64,000 nt of DNA, from positions 71,076 through 135,075 of the forward strand of contig CDMY01000285.1 in the NCBI GenBank assembly GCA_001179505.1, in the 5' to 3' direction. Made by a program: the position numbers and the translations under genes. The notes beneath the pieces were generated by a model. The model was not told where the DNA came from and did not search any database. It saw only the letters and a program-made list of their open reading frames with translations. Source of the DNA: Vitrella brassicaformis CCMP3155. Lineage: Eukaryota > Protista > Chromerida. Shown one piece after another: positions 26,440 to 38,267 of this stretch (positions are counted from its first letter, which is position 1; every line of letters starts with the position of its first letter).

Positions 26440-29400
26440 ATGGCCTCATACCGTCGCTCGTCCAAGGCGTCTGACGGCAGACCAGCAGCAAGTGACAGCG
26501 ACCCCAAGTCCGTCATGATGGAGGAGAAGACGCCGGCTGCAGCCAGATCACCGCAACACGGCACGAAGGGGCCGTCGTCGGTGTCATCATCGATATCTGC
26601 GGTGCTGGGAGGCGATGTGGGCAACATCGCGCTGCTGCTGGTGCTGTACACGCTGCAGGGGATCCCTATGGGACTGTCGGCGAGCATTCCCTTCCTGCTG
26701 CAGGACAGGGTCAGCTACAAGCAGCAGGCGCTCTTCTCGTGCGTGTCGCTGCCATTCAGGTACACACACACACACAGGGAGGTAGGGAGGGGCAGATCCA
26801 TAGGTGCGCGTGTGTTGGTCCTTCCATGTGTCATGTGTCAGCTTGAAGCTTCTGTGGGCGCCTATCGTTGACTCGATGTACTGGAAGCAGATGGGCAGGA
26901 GGAAGTCATGGCTCATCCCTGTCCAGGTGGGGTGGGTGGGCGTCAAAGGAAAGAAAGGAATGCGCCACACCACAACCAGCAGACACACACACACACACGC
27001 ACACACACACACACACGCACAGGCGCCCTCCTCTGTCTGTCTGTCTGTCTGTTTGTCTGTTTGTTCGTTTGTCTGCGGGGTCGGTGCATCCAGTTGGGCT
27101 GTGGTCTGCTGATGGTGTGGGGCAGCTATGCGGGCCGCATCGACCACTGGCTGGGGTCGCCCGAGGAAAAGCCCGACGTGCTGACACTCACCGTCTACTT
27201 CGTCGCCCTCTACTTCCTCATGTCCACACAGGACATCGCAGTCGACGGCTGGGCCCTGACGATCCTCTCCAAGAGAAATAAGGGGTACCTGATGCCCGCT
27301 CGCCATGTTTGTTGTGACTATTGGTGCGTGTCTGTATGTGTGTGTGGTGCCTGGCATCAGATATGCCTCGACGTGCAACACCATCGGCCAGACGGCCGGC
27401 TACTTCATCGCACACGTGGCATTTCTCGCACTCAACGACCCAGGTAGGTCCACAGTCAACAGAGCCAGCACAAACAGACAGAAGGGCAACAGCCGCCGTG
27501 TTGTAATGTCCAATGCACCGCAGCCACGTGTAATACCTTCTTTCGGTCGACCCCTCTCCCCCACGGCCTGGTCACCCTCGCGAGCTTCCTGCACTTCTGG
27601 GGGCTGGTCTTCCTGGCAACCACCACCTTCATATGGGCCTTCAAGCGCGAGAAGCCTCCCGGAGCCACCACCACCAGCCGCAAGGTCGAGCCAACCACGG
27701 CGCAGTTCGTCATGTCCGTCGAGGAGACCACCACACGCAGCACCGCCACAGCCATGGGCGCCAGTCCCAGCACCGGCACCAACCGTGGTGCGGGGCCGTC
27801 CTCTCAGTTCACTGGGGCGGCAACCACCAGTGCAGCCGACAGGCCGCCCTACCCCCCTCCCAACTTCACGCCTTCCCCTGAGCCATCCCCAGCACCGTCA
27901 CCCGACCCTTCTCCTGAGTCGAGGCGGGGCTCTCTGGCAGACGATCGGAAACACTCGCTCATGACGCAGACGGACGGAGACGGCGTTGAGTGGGAGGGAG
28001 AGGGCGGTGGTGGTGGGGGCGGTGGGGGGAGTGGCGGTGGCGGGGCGGTGGGTGGAGACTGGGATGAGATTGACGGCGAGAACCCTGGGAGTGTGGCTGA
28101 GACGTATGGCCACCTGTGGAAGGTCATGTGGCTGGGGCCGGTGCAGACGGTGGTGCTGGTCCTCATGACATGCAGGCTGCCGTTTGCCGTCACAGACAGC
28201 TCCACACACCTTAAGGTGCGTGGCGGGGATATGTGGGTGGCGAGACAACAACAGGACACTCGGATTAATGGTGTGTTGTGTTTGGCCAGCTGGTTGAGTA
28301 CGGCATGTCCAAGGAGGAGCTGGCCTTCCTGGCGCCACTCCTCATTCCATCGGGCATACTCACACCCATGGCCGTCAGGAAACACACACGAAACGCCGCA
28401 TCCAATCCAATGGTGGCCATGGTGTCTTTGTCTTGTGTTGTCTTGTCTTGTGCTGTGTCGTGGTTCAGCTGGGTCGGTACACCGCCGGCGCCCGACCCAT
28501 GAACATCTTCCTCCGCGGAATGCCTTTCCGGCTCATCATCGGTGCCCTTTTCGCTGGTACGACACACAGCACACTAAGAGAACGACCACATCAATCCAAT
28601 GAGTAAGTGTGTGTGTGTATGTGTGTGCTGTCATGTCGTTTCAGTGTTCCTACCGCTGACGCGTGCTGTGTATGCGACTAAGACGGCCGGCAGCCCCCCC
28701 TATGTGTTCTACGTCTTCATCCTGCTCGTCGGCGTCCTTTACGACGCCGCTTCTAACTGCATGTTCGTCGCACAGGTACCAAATGACATGGGCATATGGG
28801 CACACACAGCACAGCACAGACAAGGCGGCCGGACCAGTGTGTATGCGTCTCTCTGTGTGCCGTGTTCTCTGTGTGTGTGTGTGTGTGTAGATGGCATTCT
28901 TCGCCAAGATCAGCGATCCTTCAATCGGCGGGACCTACATGACCTTCCTCAACACCATCGCCAACCTCGGCGGAAAGGTGCACCAACACACACATCCGAC
29001 ATCGGGCCATCGGCAACACTTGGACCTCTCTCTGTGTGTGCGCTGTGTGTATCTCATGACCTTCAGTGGACGACCACGTTGAGTCTGTGGCTGATGGACC
29101 CCCTCACCATCCGCCGCTGCCCCGACGACCAGCCCCTACCCATCCCCCTCCCCATCGCAGACGACAGCACGTCACCAGACGCCCAGCAGTGCCCGGTGCT
29201 GCTGGACGGCTACACGGTCCAGCTGGCCATCTGCTTTGTCATCGGCGTCTTGTGGATGTGGGCGCTGGGGAGCAAGGTCAAGCGCCTACAGGAGTTGCCC
29301 GAAGAGGCGTGGCACATACCCAAGACCACCACCACAACCACCGGCACAGCAGCTCAGGAGAAGGATGGGGTGGTCAGGGAGGGAGATGTTGGGCGTGGTG

Positions 29401-29444
29401 GGGTCATGAACGGGACGAGTGGGGACACTTACAGGGGAAGATGA
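26440..29444 (+). CDS. SLC33A1: Acetyl-CoA transporter AT-1 (SLC33A1 family, MFS)
   Basis: NIALLLVLYTLQGIPMGL, FSLKLLWAPIVDS, MSTQDIAVDGWALT, YASTCNTIGQTAG, FFAKISDPSIGGTYMTFLNTIANLGG, DGYTVQ; stop 29442-29444. Confidence 0.95.
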
Positions 29445-29807
29445 GATGAGATGAGATGAGGGGTTGCGGTGGTTGATCGCTGTCTGTCTGTCACACTGCG
29501 AATGTGGGTGAGCTGGCAGTCTAATTAATTAAGCTATTGGATGACTGGATGGATGACGGGAGGACAGATCACTGTGATCTGCGCGTGCGCTTGTGCGTGA
29601 GAGAGAAAGGGACATACAATGTTTGCCCAATGAAGATCGCTCTGTTGGTTGATGGATCAATCAAGATGCGTGTCTTTCGATCAGTAAGTAGCATGTGTGT
29701 ATGTCTGCCGGTCACTCTCATCATCGGCACATCTCATTAACAGTCACGTCCCTCAGCCCCTCTCGCCGCGTCTCAGCTGCAGTGACGAGGTGATTCACCA
29801 AAATCTG

Positions 29808-32030
29808 TCAGACAAGGTGCAGCCGTCTGAATGTCTCCCTCCCGTCCCGCCCCTTGTCGACCCACCCCACCGCTCCCCAATCGATCGCCGGCACATCCTT
29901 GGTGAAGCCGTTGTCGATCTCCCCCACCAGCCCCCACTTGGCCGCCTCGTCCAGAATGGCCCGCTGCACCACCTCACGCAACTCCATCTTGCGGCCACCC
30001 ACACCGCCCACCACAAAGCACTGCAGCTGTGGCGTACGCACCACCTGGCCGCCCACATCGGCCATCCCGCCCACCACCTCCCTGTTGCTGCTGGCCTTAT
30101 ACACCGCCAAGTGGACGAAGTGCTCCGCTGCCGCACACACACGCCGGACGAGGACACTGTGCCGCATGCCGATGGCCTCGGTGATGGCCTCCTGGGCGGC
30201 AGCCATGTCAAGGAGGTATGACGCAATGCGCCAGCCGAAGACGGGGGCCTCCTGCGGTCCACCGCGCAGCCGGGGGGTCAGGAGGGCTGACAGTGACCGA
30301 TGGGGGGCGAGGGCGGCGTTGACGGCCGATATGCTGGCCGGGCCCATCTCCTTTAGCACCGTCGAGTACTCGTTCAGGACTGCCGGGAAGGACAACTCCC
30401 CCTCAAAGAGCATGTAGCTGGTAATGTCCGCCCCCGCCCGCAGCAGAATACGAATGGTCAGCTCGTAGTCAGGAATCTTCCGGCGACACCACAGTTTTAT
30501 ATCATGGAAATCATCAATACAGTGCAGCTCGAAGTGGCGCTCATCAAGCTCTGAGACAGCCGTCGAAAGAGCTGTGGAATCGCCCCTTATGCGTCTGTTG
30601 ATGTCGTCAGCAGTGGGCAGCTTGCGGCACAGATATTCGACCACAGGGGCAGAACCATTGTGTGCCGCCCTGTTCAGTGGCGTCCATTCACGGCAGTTCC
30701 ACCCAGTGGATGTCCCGTGGATGTCGGCCCCGTGCTGTATGACGAGGTCCAGGTAGCTGGCGATGAAGGACCTCGAGTAGTGCTCCCGATACCGGCTGGC
30801 TGCCAGATGCACCAAGTTGCTGCCCTGCTCGTCTCATTCGGTGGCGAGGGTGGGGTCGCGCTGGAGGAGGCGCTGGTACATCGACAGCAGCACCGCCTCG
30901 TACGTTGCAGGGTGCGGACGACGCAGACGGGGCAGCATCATCACCATGAATCTGCGGAGGTCGATGCCATCTTGCGCCATCAGCAAGTCGAATGCCGTCA
31001 GATTGCCCCCTCGGATCGCCACCCAGATGGGCGGGGGGACTTCGTCGTCATGGCCTGTCGCGTTGATGTCGGCACCTCCGTCGATCCGTGCGGTGAGGAC
31101 AGCCGACTGCAGCTCATCAGAGGGCCACTGCGGCAGGGCGACGGGCCGGGCTTCACAAAAACGTTCTGGCCTGGACAGCGCGGAGGGGATGGTACAGTCT
31201 GCATTGTTATCAATTGCGAGGACGACGAGCGGATAGCTGCACCCGGAACGACCAGTGTTGCCCTTCCTACGCAGCCGAGGAATGACGCTCAGGTCAGCGC
31301 CCTGCTCGATGAGGCGAGTCACTTGCTGTGGGCTGGTGACGGTGCGGTCGATGATGCCGAGGGTCAGCTCCCCCGTCATATCGTTGGTGCCGCGGGGAAA
31401 CCGAGCCACGATGTCATCGGCGCTCAAGCGGCCATCCGGCACAGTAGCTAGAGTATCTATCGCTGCATCCAAACATGACGTGGCCAGGCAACCCCACGAC
31501 ACAAGCAGTGAGTGAACCTGTACGCCCATCTATTCTCTCGCGTCTGTCTGTCTGTGTGGCCTACCTTCTTCCTCGTACTCGACCTCCTCATAGCCCGTGA
31601 AGTCACCGTCTATGGAGCTACGATTGTCCTCACTGTCATCCTGCGTGCCACCAGAGAGATGCGGGCGTGAATGTGATGCGTTGTCGTAGTGAGTGAGCCT
31701 CACCGATTCGCTCTCCTCCTCGTCACTCTCTTCGTCCTCGTCGTCCGCCTGCTCCTCCTCCATCTCGTCCTCCTCCATCTCGTCGGCGATCCCACTGCCC
31801 TCCCCCTCGTGCAGCTGCTCACCTGCACCCACACACACACACACACACACACACATCGACACACATCGACACACAGCCTGAATGAGTGTTCCTCTCGTGC
31901 TGTTTGCTCGGTGCTGACCGTCGGCCTCGTTGCCGCCCTGGTCTGGTTGCTCCAATCCCTCGCCGTCCTTGAGGGGCCCCGCACCGCCCTCCTGGTGCTC
32001 CTCAGGTGCTGCTTCTCGACGCGTGGCCAT
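29808..32030 (-). pseudogene. Lineage-specific ankyrin-repeat family gene with an in-frame TGA at 30834-30836
   Basis: Short acidic 5' exons from ATG 32030, then a long exon collinear with the paralog at 60072-62367 (VPDG...PVALPQW...GADI; WTPLNRAAHNGSAPVVEYLC; GPQEAPVFGWRIASYL). The two ORF-track halves are in the same frame, separated by one TGA. Confidence 0.8.
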
Positions 32031-32487
32031 CCGTGAGGAGCTCCCTGACCAAAGCGAAGTGGCCGACAGAGCACTTCTTGACCACCTGCAGCACTGGACA
32101 CACACAGAGAGGGAATGAGGGCCCTTCCATCCCCACGACGGCCTTCCTCCTCTCTGGGCCTGCCCACGCACCTTGTTGTCTGTCGCGGAAGACGGCTGGG
32201 CTGCTCGCCACACAAAGATCTGCGGCCTGGAGGACAGTGACGAAGGACTGAGGTGCAACGCTACTTGGTTGCTTGCCGGTCTCCTCTCCTCTCCTCTCCC
32301 TCAAAACTCCGAAAGCTCTCTGTCTTCTCTCTGCATGCAGAAATAATAGTACACGGCAAACTCCTTCGCCGTTGGTGGTCAGCACTCGAGCGCCGTTAGC
32401 TTCCACTTCTATCTCAGGCCTTGCCCTTGACCTCCCACACCTTCTTTCTCCCCTTTTCTCCCTCTCGCTTCCAACCAACACTGCGAC

Positions 32488-33186
32488 GATGAAGGCTGCT
32501 CTGTGGCTGACACTTGCCCTGGCCCTGCTGGTGGTCGCCACATCACGCCAGGCAGACACACAGATCGATGACGACCCCAACCGGCCCTGCAACGGCCACA
32601 CCCAGCCCAACTGCCCAAAGCACGAAGACGAGGCCGAGGGCAACGAGGCCACCGCATCACAAGAACAGCCCAGTGCCGACAAACAGGACACCCAGAAGCC
32701 CGTTGAACCCCGTCCCTCTGTCGGCCGCCTCCTCCAGAGGACCCGCAACGTCAGAAAGGACCCCCGGGCTTCGCAAGTCATCGCACGCTCGGGCTTCCTT
32801 GCGCGGCTGTGCCCCCCAATTGGCGGTAAGTCAGACAGACGCTGTCCTCCTTGCCGTCGTAGTTCGTTCATCGTCTGTCTGCCTGTCTGTCTGCTGGTGT
32901 GTGTGCGTTTGGTCGTGCAGGTCCCGGCTGTCCCAATGCGGCCTTCACTCAGCGTGCCGGCATCCGCCAACAGCCGATCCGTTCGGGCGACAAGAGGCCC
33001 CAGAAGATATCGGCTAACAGCTTCTTCATCCCCTACCGGCAGTGGCCCAACAACGGAGGACAGACGCGCACCATCTACCCTGAGTGAGTGGACGGACGGC
33101 ACCGCCAGCATGAGACAGACAGACAGACAGACACATCCACGGCAGAGCCGTCTGCCCTTCGCATCATGGCTCCTCTCGTCCGTTGT

Positions 33187-33218
<32 letters not shown>

Positions 33219-33332
33219 TGCAGCCAAGGCAGCAAGAGTCGTGCTCTGAAGCAGACCACCAAGGCCAAGGACAAAGCCAAGGCCGCAAAACACAAAGACG
33301 AGCAGCCGCGTGAGCAGCTGATGCTGCAGTGA
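32488..33332 (+). CDS. Orphan secreted precursor-like protein, 3 exons, two C-x5-P-x-C-P loops
   Basis: Strong signal peptide MKAALWLTLALALLVVATS. Canonical introns 32826-32920 and 33084-33223 keep one open frame to TGA 33330-33332. A paralog fragment at 21041-21090 differs only at silent sites. Confidence 0.75.
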
Positions 33333-33618
33333 AAGAGATACGTACGTACGACAGTTGGGCCGGGCCGGGCTGGTGGTGTGGCGTTTTGAGTGAGGCTGGG
33401 CTGGGCTGGGCTGTGGTGGGGGGTCGTGTGCATGCTGCTGCCCTGGCTTTTCTCTGCTGCTGTACACACAGACGTGGCTGTGGATAGTTGTGTCAACTCC
33501 TTTCTCTGGGTGGGTGTGGGTGGGTGTGGGTGGGTGGGGGTGGAAATTGTTTCTCCTCCGAAGGGAACAATGGCATGAGTGAGTGAGTGAGTGAGTGCGT
33601 GAGCGGACGACATGTCTG

Positions 33619-33680
33619 CTGCTGCTGTTGCTGCTGTTGCTGCTGTTGCTGCTGTTGCTGCTGTTGCTGCTGTTGCTGCT
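33619..33680. repeat. 9-bp minisatellite (gctgctgtt)n, ~6-7 copies
   Basis: Directly visible; intergenic. Confidence 0.85.
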
Positions 33681-34301
33681 GTGTGTGTGTGTGTGTCTGT
33701 GATGGATGGATACGCTGTCTGTCTGCCGCGTGTGCTGTTGTGCTGTATATACGCATTCCATGACAAACAAAGTCTGTGGTTTCATACATACATACGTCCA
33801 CATGGTACATGTGGATGGACGGCTGGCTGGTTGGCTGCATCGATCTGTGTTGTGTGAGTGTCGGCGGGGCCGGGCTGGGCTGGGCACAGGGCGTGTGTAC
33901 GTGCCGGGCTGCGGGGGGAGCGGTGACTGATATTCATGTGTTCCACCTCAACGGCATTCGCAAGAATGAATGTGCACAGCTCTCTGCTTCACTGACGAAC
34001 CCAATCGCATCAGGATGCTCAAACCTTGAGCCTTTCGGCTTGAGGTCGCATCGCGTTTCACGGAATCCACGGAGGGAGAGAAGTTGGAGAGGCAGGCAGA
34101 GGTGTCCACCGAGCATCTGTGCTCTCGAGCTCGAGTTCTGCGCACTCTCAGCACATTCCGTCGAGGGAAAGATGAGCAGCAACACGTGTGGCGACATGTA
34201 TGCTTCTGAGGCTCAGCCTGTTCGCGCTCGGCATTCTTCAGCTGAGCTTCGCGTTGCCTTTGGTGGTGTCTTTCTCGAGCAATGGGCGCAAGCCGAATCG
34301 G

Positions 34302-36056
34302 ATCAACATCTTCAGGCTCACTGCATGGGGATATGCTCTTCCTGCTGAGCATCCTCCTGCTGCTCTGGAAGCTCAGAAAGAGCAAGAGCTGCGTCGGTAA
34401 GGGAGAATTTCGCTCCTGCCTGATCTGATAGATCTGATCTGGCGCGGTGTTGCAGGCCTATCTTGCCGGATGCAGGAGTGCTACTTGATTGTCTTTTGCC
34501 TTCGGTACCTGGACCTTCGTCTACAACACAGGTGGGTGTTCACTCACTCACTCACTCACTCACGGCATCGCATCGGATGCATCGCATCGCTTTGCTTTGC
34601 TTCCTGTGCACACGCGCTGCGCATCTCGCCTTGTCGGTATGCCGTCCTGATCAGCCGTGAAGGCGGTGTACATCTCGGGCACTTCCTTGCTGATCTACCT
34701 CATGAGATGCCACCCGTCAAGTGAGCTGAGCTGCCTTTGGAGCAGCGCAACACACACACACACGTGCAGCACCATCTGTTGTCCACCCCTCTGTGTGTGT
34801 GTGTGTGTTAGTCAGCGAGACGTACGACATGCAGAGGGATAGTTTCCCGCACCTTCGGTGTCTGCTGTTACCGGCACTCCTGCTGGGCTTCATAACGGCA
34901 GAGGAGTGGACCATAGTGGAGGTACAGACAGCCAGCCAGCCAGCCAGCCAGATGGCCAGCTGGACGGTCACCGCTTGTTGATGCTTACAGGTCCTTTGGA
35001 CGGCGTCGATCTGGCTGGAGAGTGTCTCCGTCCTGCCGCAGCTCTTTCTGCTGCAGCAACTAAGAAAAGTGAGTGTGAGTGAGACAGTGTCAGCCGTTCG
35101 TTGCCCTCACTCACTCACACGCACCGGATTATAGGACGGACGGCGAGGATGGATAGCCTGCCCCCCNNNNNNNNNNNNNNNNNNNNNNNNNNNNNNNNNN
35201 NNNNNNNNNNNNNNNNNNNNNNNNNNNNNNNNNNNNNNNNNNNNNNNNNNNNNNNNNNNNNNNNNNNNNNNNNNNNNNNNNNNNNNNNNNNNNNNNNNNN
35301 NNNNNNNNNNNNNNNNNNNNNNNNNNNNNNNNNNNNNNNNNNNNNNNNNNNNNNNNNNNNNNNNNNNNNNNNNNNNNNNNNNNNNNNNNNNNNNNNNNNN
35401 NNNNNNNNNNNNNNNNNNNNNNNNNNNNNNNNNNNNNNNNNNNNNNNNNNNNNNNNNNNNNNNNNNCCCCCCCCCCCCCCCCCCTCCCCGCCTCATTCAG
35501 GTCGACAGCTTGACAGCAGCGTTTTTGGCAACGAGGGGAGCCTGGAGGTTCTTCTATATCCTCAACTGGGTGGGTGGGTGGGTTGGTGGGAACATCCAGT
35601 GCACACACAACTAACTAGTGGGATTGCGTGTTGTATCTATCTGGTATCTATCTGTCAGATATACCGGTACTTTGCCGAGCACTACGTCAACCCCATAGGA
35701 TGGGTCAGCCTCCCTGCCTGCCTGCCTGCCTGCCTGCCTGGAACACCGAGCCGTTTGCGCATTCTTGCCATCCATCCTCTGTCTCTCAGGTGGGCGGTAT
35801 TGTCCAGACGGGCCTGTACATCTTTGTCTTCTACCGGCTGCGCTCCCATCGCTGGTGCACTGAGTCCTCAACCACGGCCACCGGCCAGCGACCCTCCCAT
35901 TCGTCGCACCGGCAGGTGCGCGTCGAGGTGCCAGCCCCCGAGTGTCCGCCGCTTCTCCAAGCGCACTTATCGGCCGGCGAGAGGCAGCCGGCAGTGCTAT
36001 GCCAGCCGCCGAGTGGCCTGCAGACCACAGGAGAGAATGCTGCTGTGTTGGTCTGA
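34302..36056 (+). pseudogene. ERD2: ERD2/KDEL-receptor pseudogene (introns retained)
   Basis: NIFRL, GDML.LLSILLLLWKLRKSKSCVG, QECYLIVFCLRYLDL, YNT, SIWLESVSVLPQL, YRYF, VGGIVQTGLY. The start position reads ATC, with frameshifts at ~34324 and ~34518. Confidence 0.85.
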
Positions 36057-36660
36057 GCAATGCGGTGACGCTGACGAATGAGTCTGTTCTGTGCGTGTGT
36101 CTATCGATGTTCTTTCTCTCAATGCGAGAGGCTCAGGTATAATCGGCTGCCAGTGGGGTTTAGTGACAGCGGGGATCCGTGTCGCGTGCGGGGGGGAGCG
36201 ATGTCCAGATGGGTGGGCACACACATGGATGGATGGACGTGACTCGTGTCTTTATCCAGACAGTAAGTAGTGTGGACGGGTGTAGTGTCCCTCACAACAA
36301 CATGAACAACATGCACCCGTTGGTTGAGCAGTTTTCGCTTCATTGGCAGACCACAATGAATGCACGCACGCACGCACGCACGCACGCACCCAGCTGCCTC
36401 TGCCTGCCCACTATGTCGGTAGTGGGATGAGTCGGCCGGCCATGGATGCGTGCCACACATGTGCATCTATCGGAGAGAGAGACACAGACAAGAGAGAGGG
36501 CCGCTTCGCGAGCATCCGTCAACCCATCCATCCATCCACCCACCCACCAATGACACGGAAAAAGCGTCATCACCCCCCGCACCATTCATCTACCCACACA
36601 TCTTCACTGTGGTGTCGTCTCGGCGCCAGGCAACAGTATGGCCAGGCCATTACCCACGGA

Positions 36661-36865
36661 TCACTTATCCTCTCCGCCCTCCTCCTCCCCCTCCTCGTCT
36701 TCTTCCTCCTCCATTTCGGTGCCGTGCAGGAGGGTGACGAGCTGGGATGCCAGCTGGTTGGCGCGACTCAGCTCCGTCAGGCACTCCTCCTTCTGCTCGG
36801 GCGTCCACTTGTCAGCTATCACGTCCAACGTGGCCTGAGTGAAGGATGGACGCCCACAGAGCCAC

Positions 36866-36896
<31 letters not shown>

Positions 36897-38197
36897 TTGA
36901 GAGAGATTGAGAGGGATTCTTGCACTTTTGTGTGCGTGTGTGTGTGTGTGTGTGGATGCGCACCGCGATATTCCAGCTGTCGCCGTCCCTTCTGGCCAGT
37001 TTGAAATTCCTGGGTATGTTGAGGCGCGCTGCAGTGCTCTTGATGACCGTCCGGCCGCCCATGTCCCACTCCTTGTAAAAGTTATACAAGTGACCCAGCA
37101 CACCTGACATGCCACACACGTAACACACAGAGGAAAGGTAGGTTACCATCCAGCCTCAGTGGGCTGGCTGTTTGTGGGTGGTCGGTGTGTGCACATGAGC
37201 ACCTACCAGGTTGGCTGCGTGCAGCGATGGACTTGATCTCGTCACCATAGCCGGCGCCCACCTCTGAGGGCTCGGGGGCGTCCACCTGCACACAAACAAC
37301 GCGCCCACCACCACCACCAAAGGACACACATCCATTAATGAGGCAGGCGTGCATACTGCAGACACCCCATTCCACTGGCTTCTTGATTGCTTACACCCAT
37401 GAGTTCGGTGAGCGCGTCGATGTCCTCCTCGAGGTATGCCCATCGCGTCATGGGGCCGGTGGCTTGCAGGGGGGCCAGCATCTCGTAGTTGTCAATCACG
37501 CTGTCGTAGGCCTCATACACGTGTTTCAAATCCACCAGGGACTGCAGGAAATCCTGAGGGACAAAGGGAAGACACGGCAGGAAACGGAATACCTGTCTGT
37601 GGCTGGCTGGCTGGCTGCCGGGCTGACTGACCTCTCTGGTGAGTTGCCTGTCGACGTCGTCATAGAAGGGTGCCAGCACCGGGTCGCTCTTCCTGTCCTC
37701 CTCGGTCAGCTTGTCCTCCTCCAACTCTATCCGAGCCATCACGGGATGCATCTCAGACTCCACAAAAGACCTGCACCCACGTCACACACACACACACACA
37801 CACGAGAGACGGTGTGGTGAGTGAGCCCTTTGCTTGCTTGAATTCTCTTTGCCTGTCTGTCTGCCTCATTGCACTGCACTCACTGTTCGGGGACATAGGT
37901 GGACACGGGCCAGTCCTTCCTCGATATGTCGTGGAAGGCGTCCACCTGCTCCTTGGTGAAGATCCGCATCCTCTTCATGATCTGGTACTCCTTCAAACCC
38001 ACGTTTATCGCACCCATACGCAGCACCGACACCGACGGGGGTGATGACGGTGACCGCCTCAGTGACGACAAGGAGCGGCGAGAAAGAGGGGATGATGGCG
38101 GGGAGAGGGTCTGGCGAAGGTGGGAGGGGAGGGGGAGAAAGGACTCGCCTTGGCCCAGCAGTGCGCATAGCACTGCGGCAAAGATCTCCGCCGTCAT
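36661..38197 (-). CDS. Plastid-targeted heme-oxygenase-like protein (plant HO1/HY1 family) lacking the proximal His
   Basis: Signal + S/P/R-rich transit leader. FVESEMHPVMARIE, FLQSLVDLKHVYE, GHLYNFYKEWDMGGRTVIK and LDVIADKWTPEQKEECLTE align by eye with plant HO1 blocks. Stop at 36661. Confidence 0.8.
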
Positions 38198-38267
38198 CGT
38201 TATCTCGTCGATTGCGAGCTTATTTGGAAATCTCTTCTAAGCTTGCACACCAGACCAGGTCGCCAAA
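38198..38267. promoter_or_regulatory. 70-bp divergent intergenic region (HO-like / RPL4), putative bidirectional promoter containing GCGAGCT
   Basis: Opposing ATGs at 38197 (-) and 38268 (+); GCGAGCT at 38214-38220. Confidence 0.6.

Noticed and set aside
30834-30836. TGA as selenocysteine
   Set aside because: The paralog has Gln, not Cys, at this position; there is no redox motif and I could not identify a SECIS.
32002-33288. 428-aa minus-strand ORF
   Set aside because: It is antisense to the secreted gene, runs through introns and microsatellites, and has no coding signature.
13707-38197. ChaN plus HO-like as a heme gene cluster
   Set aside because: They are over 20 kb apart with unrelated genes between; co-location is probably chance.
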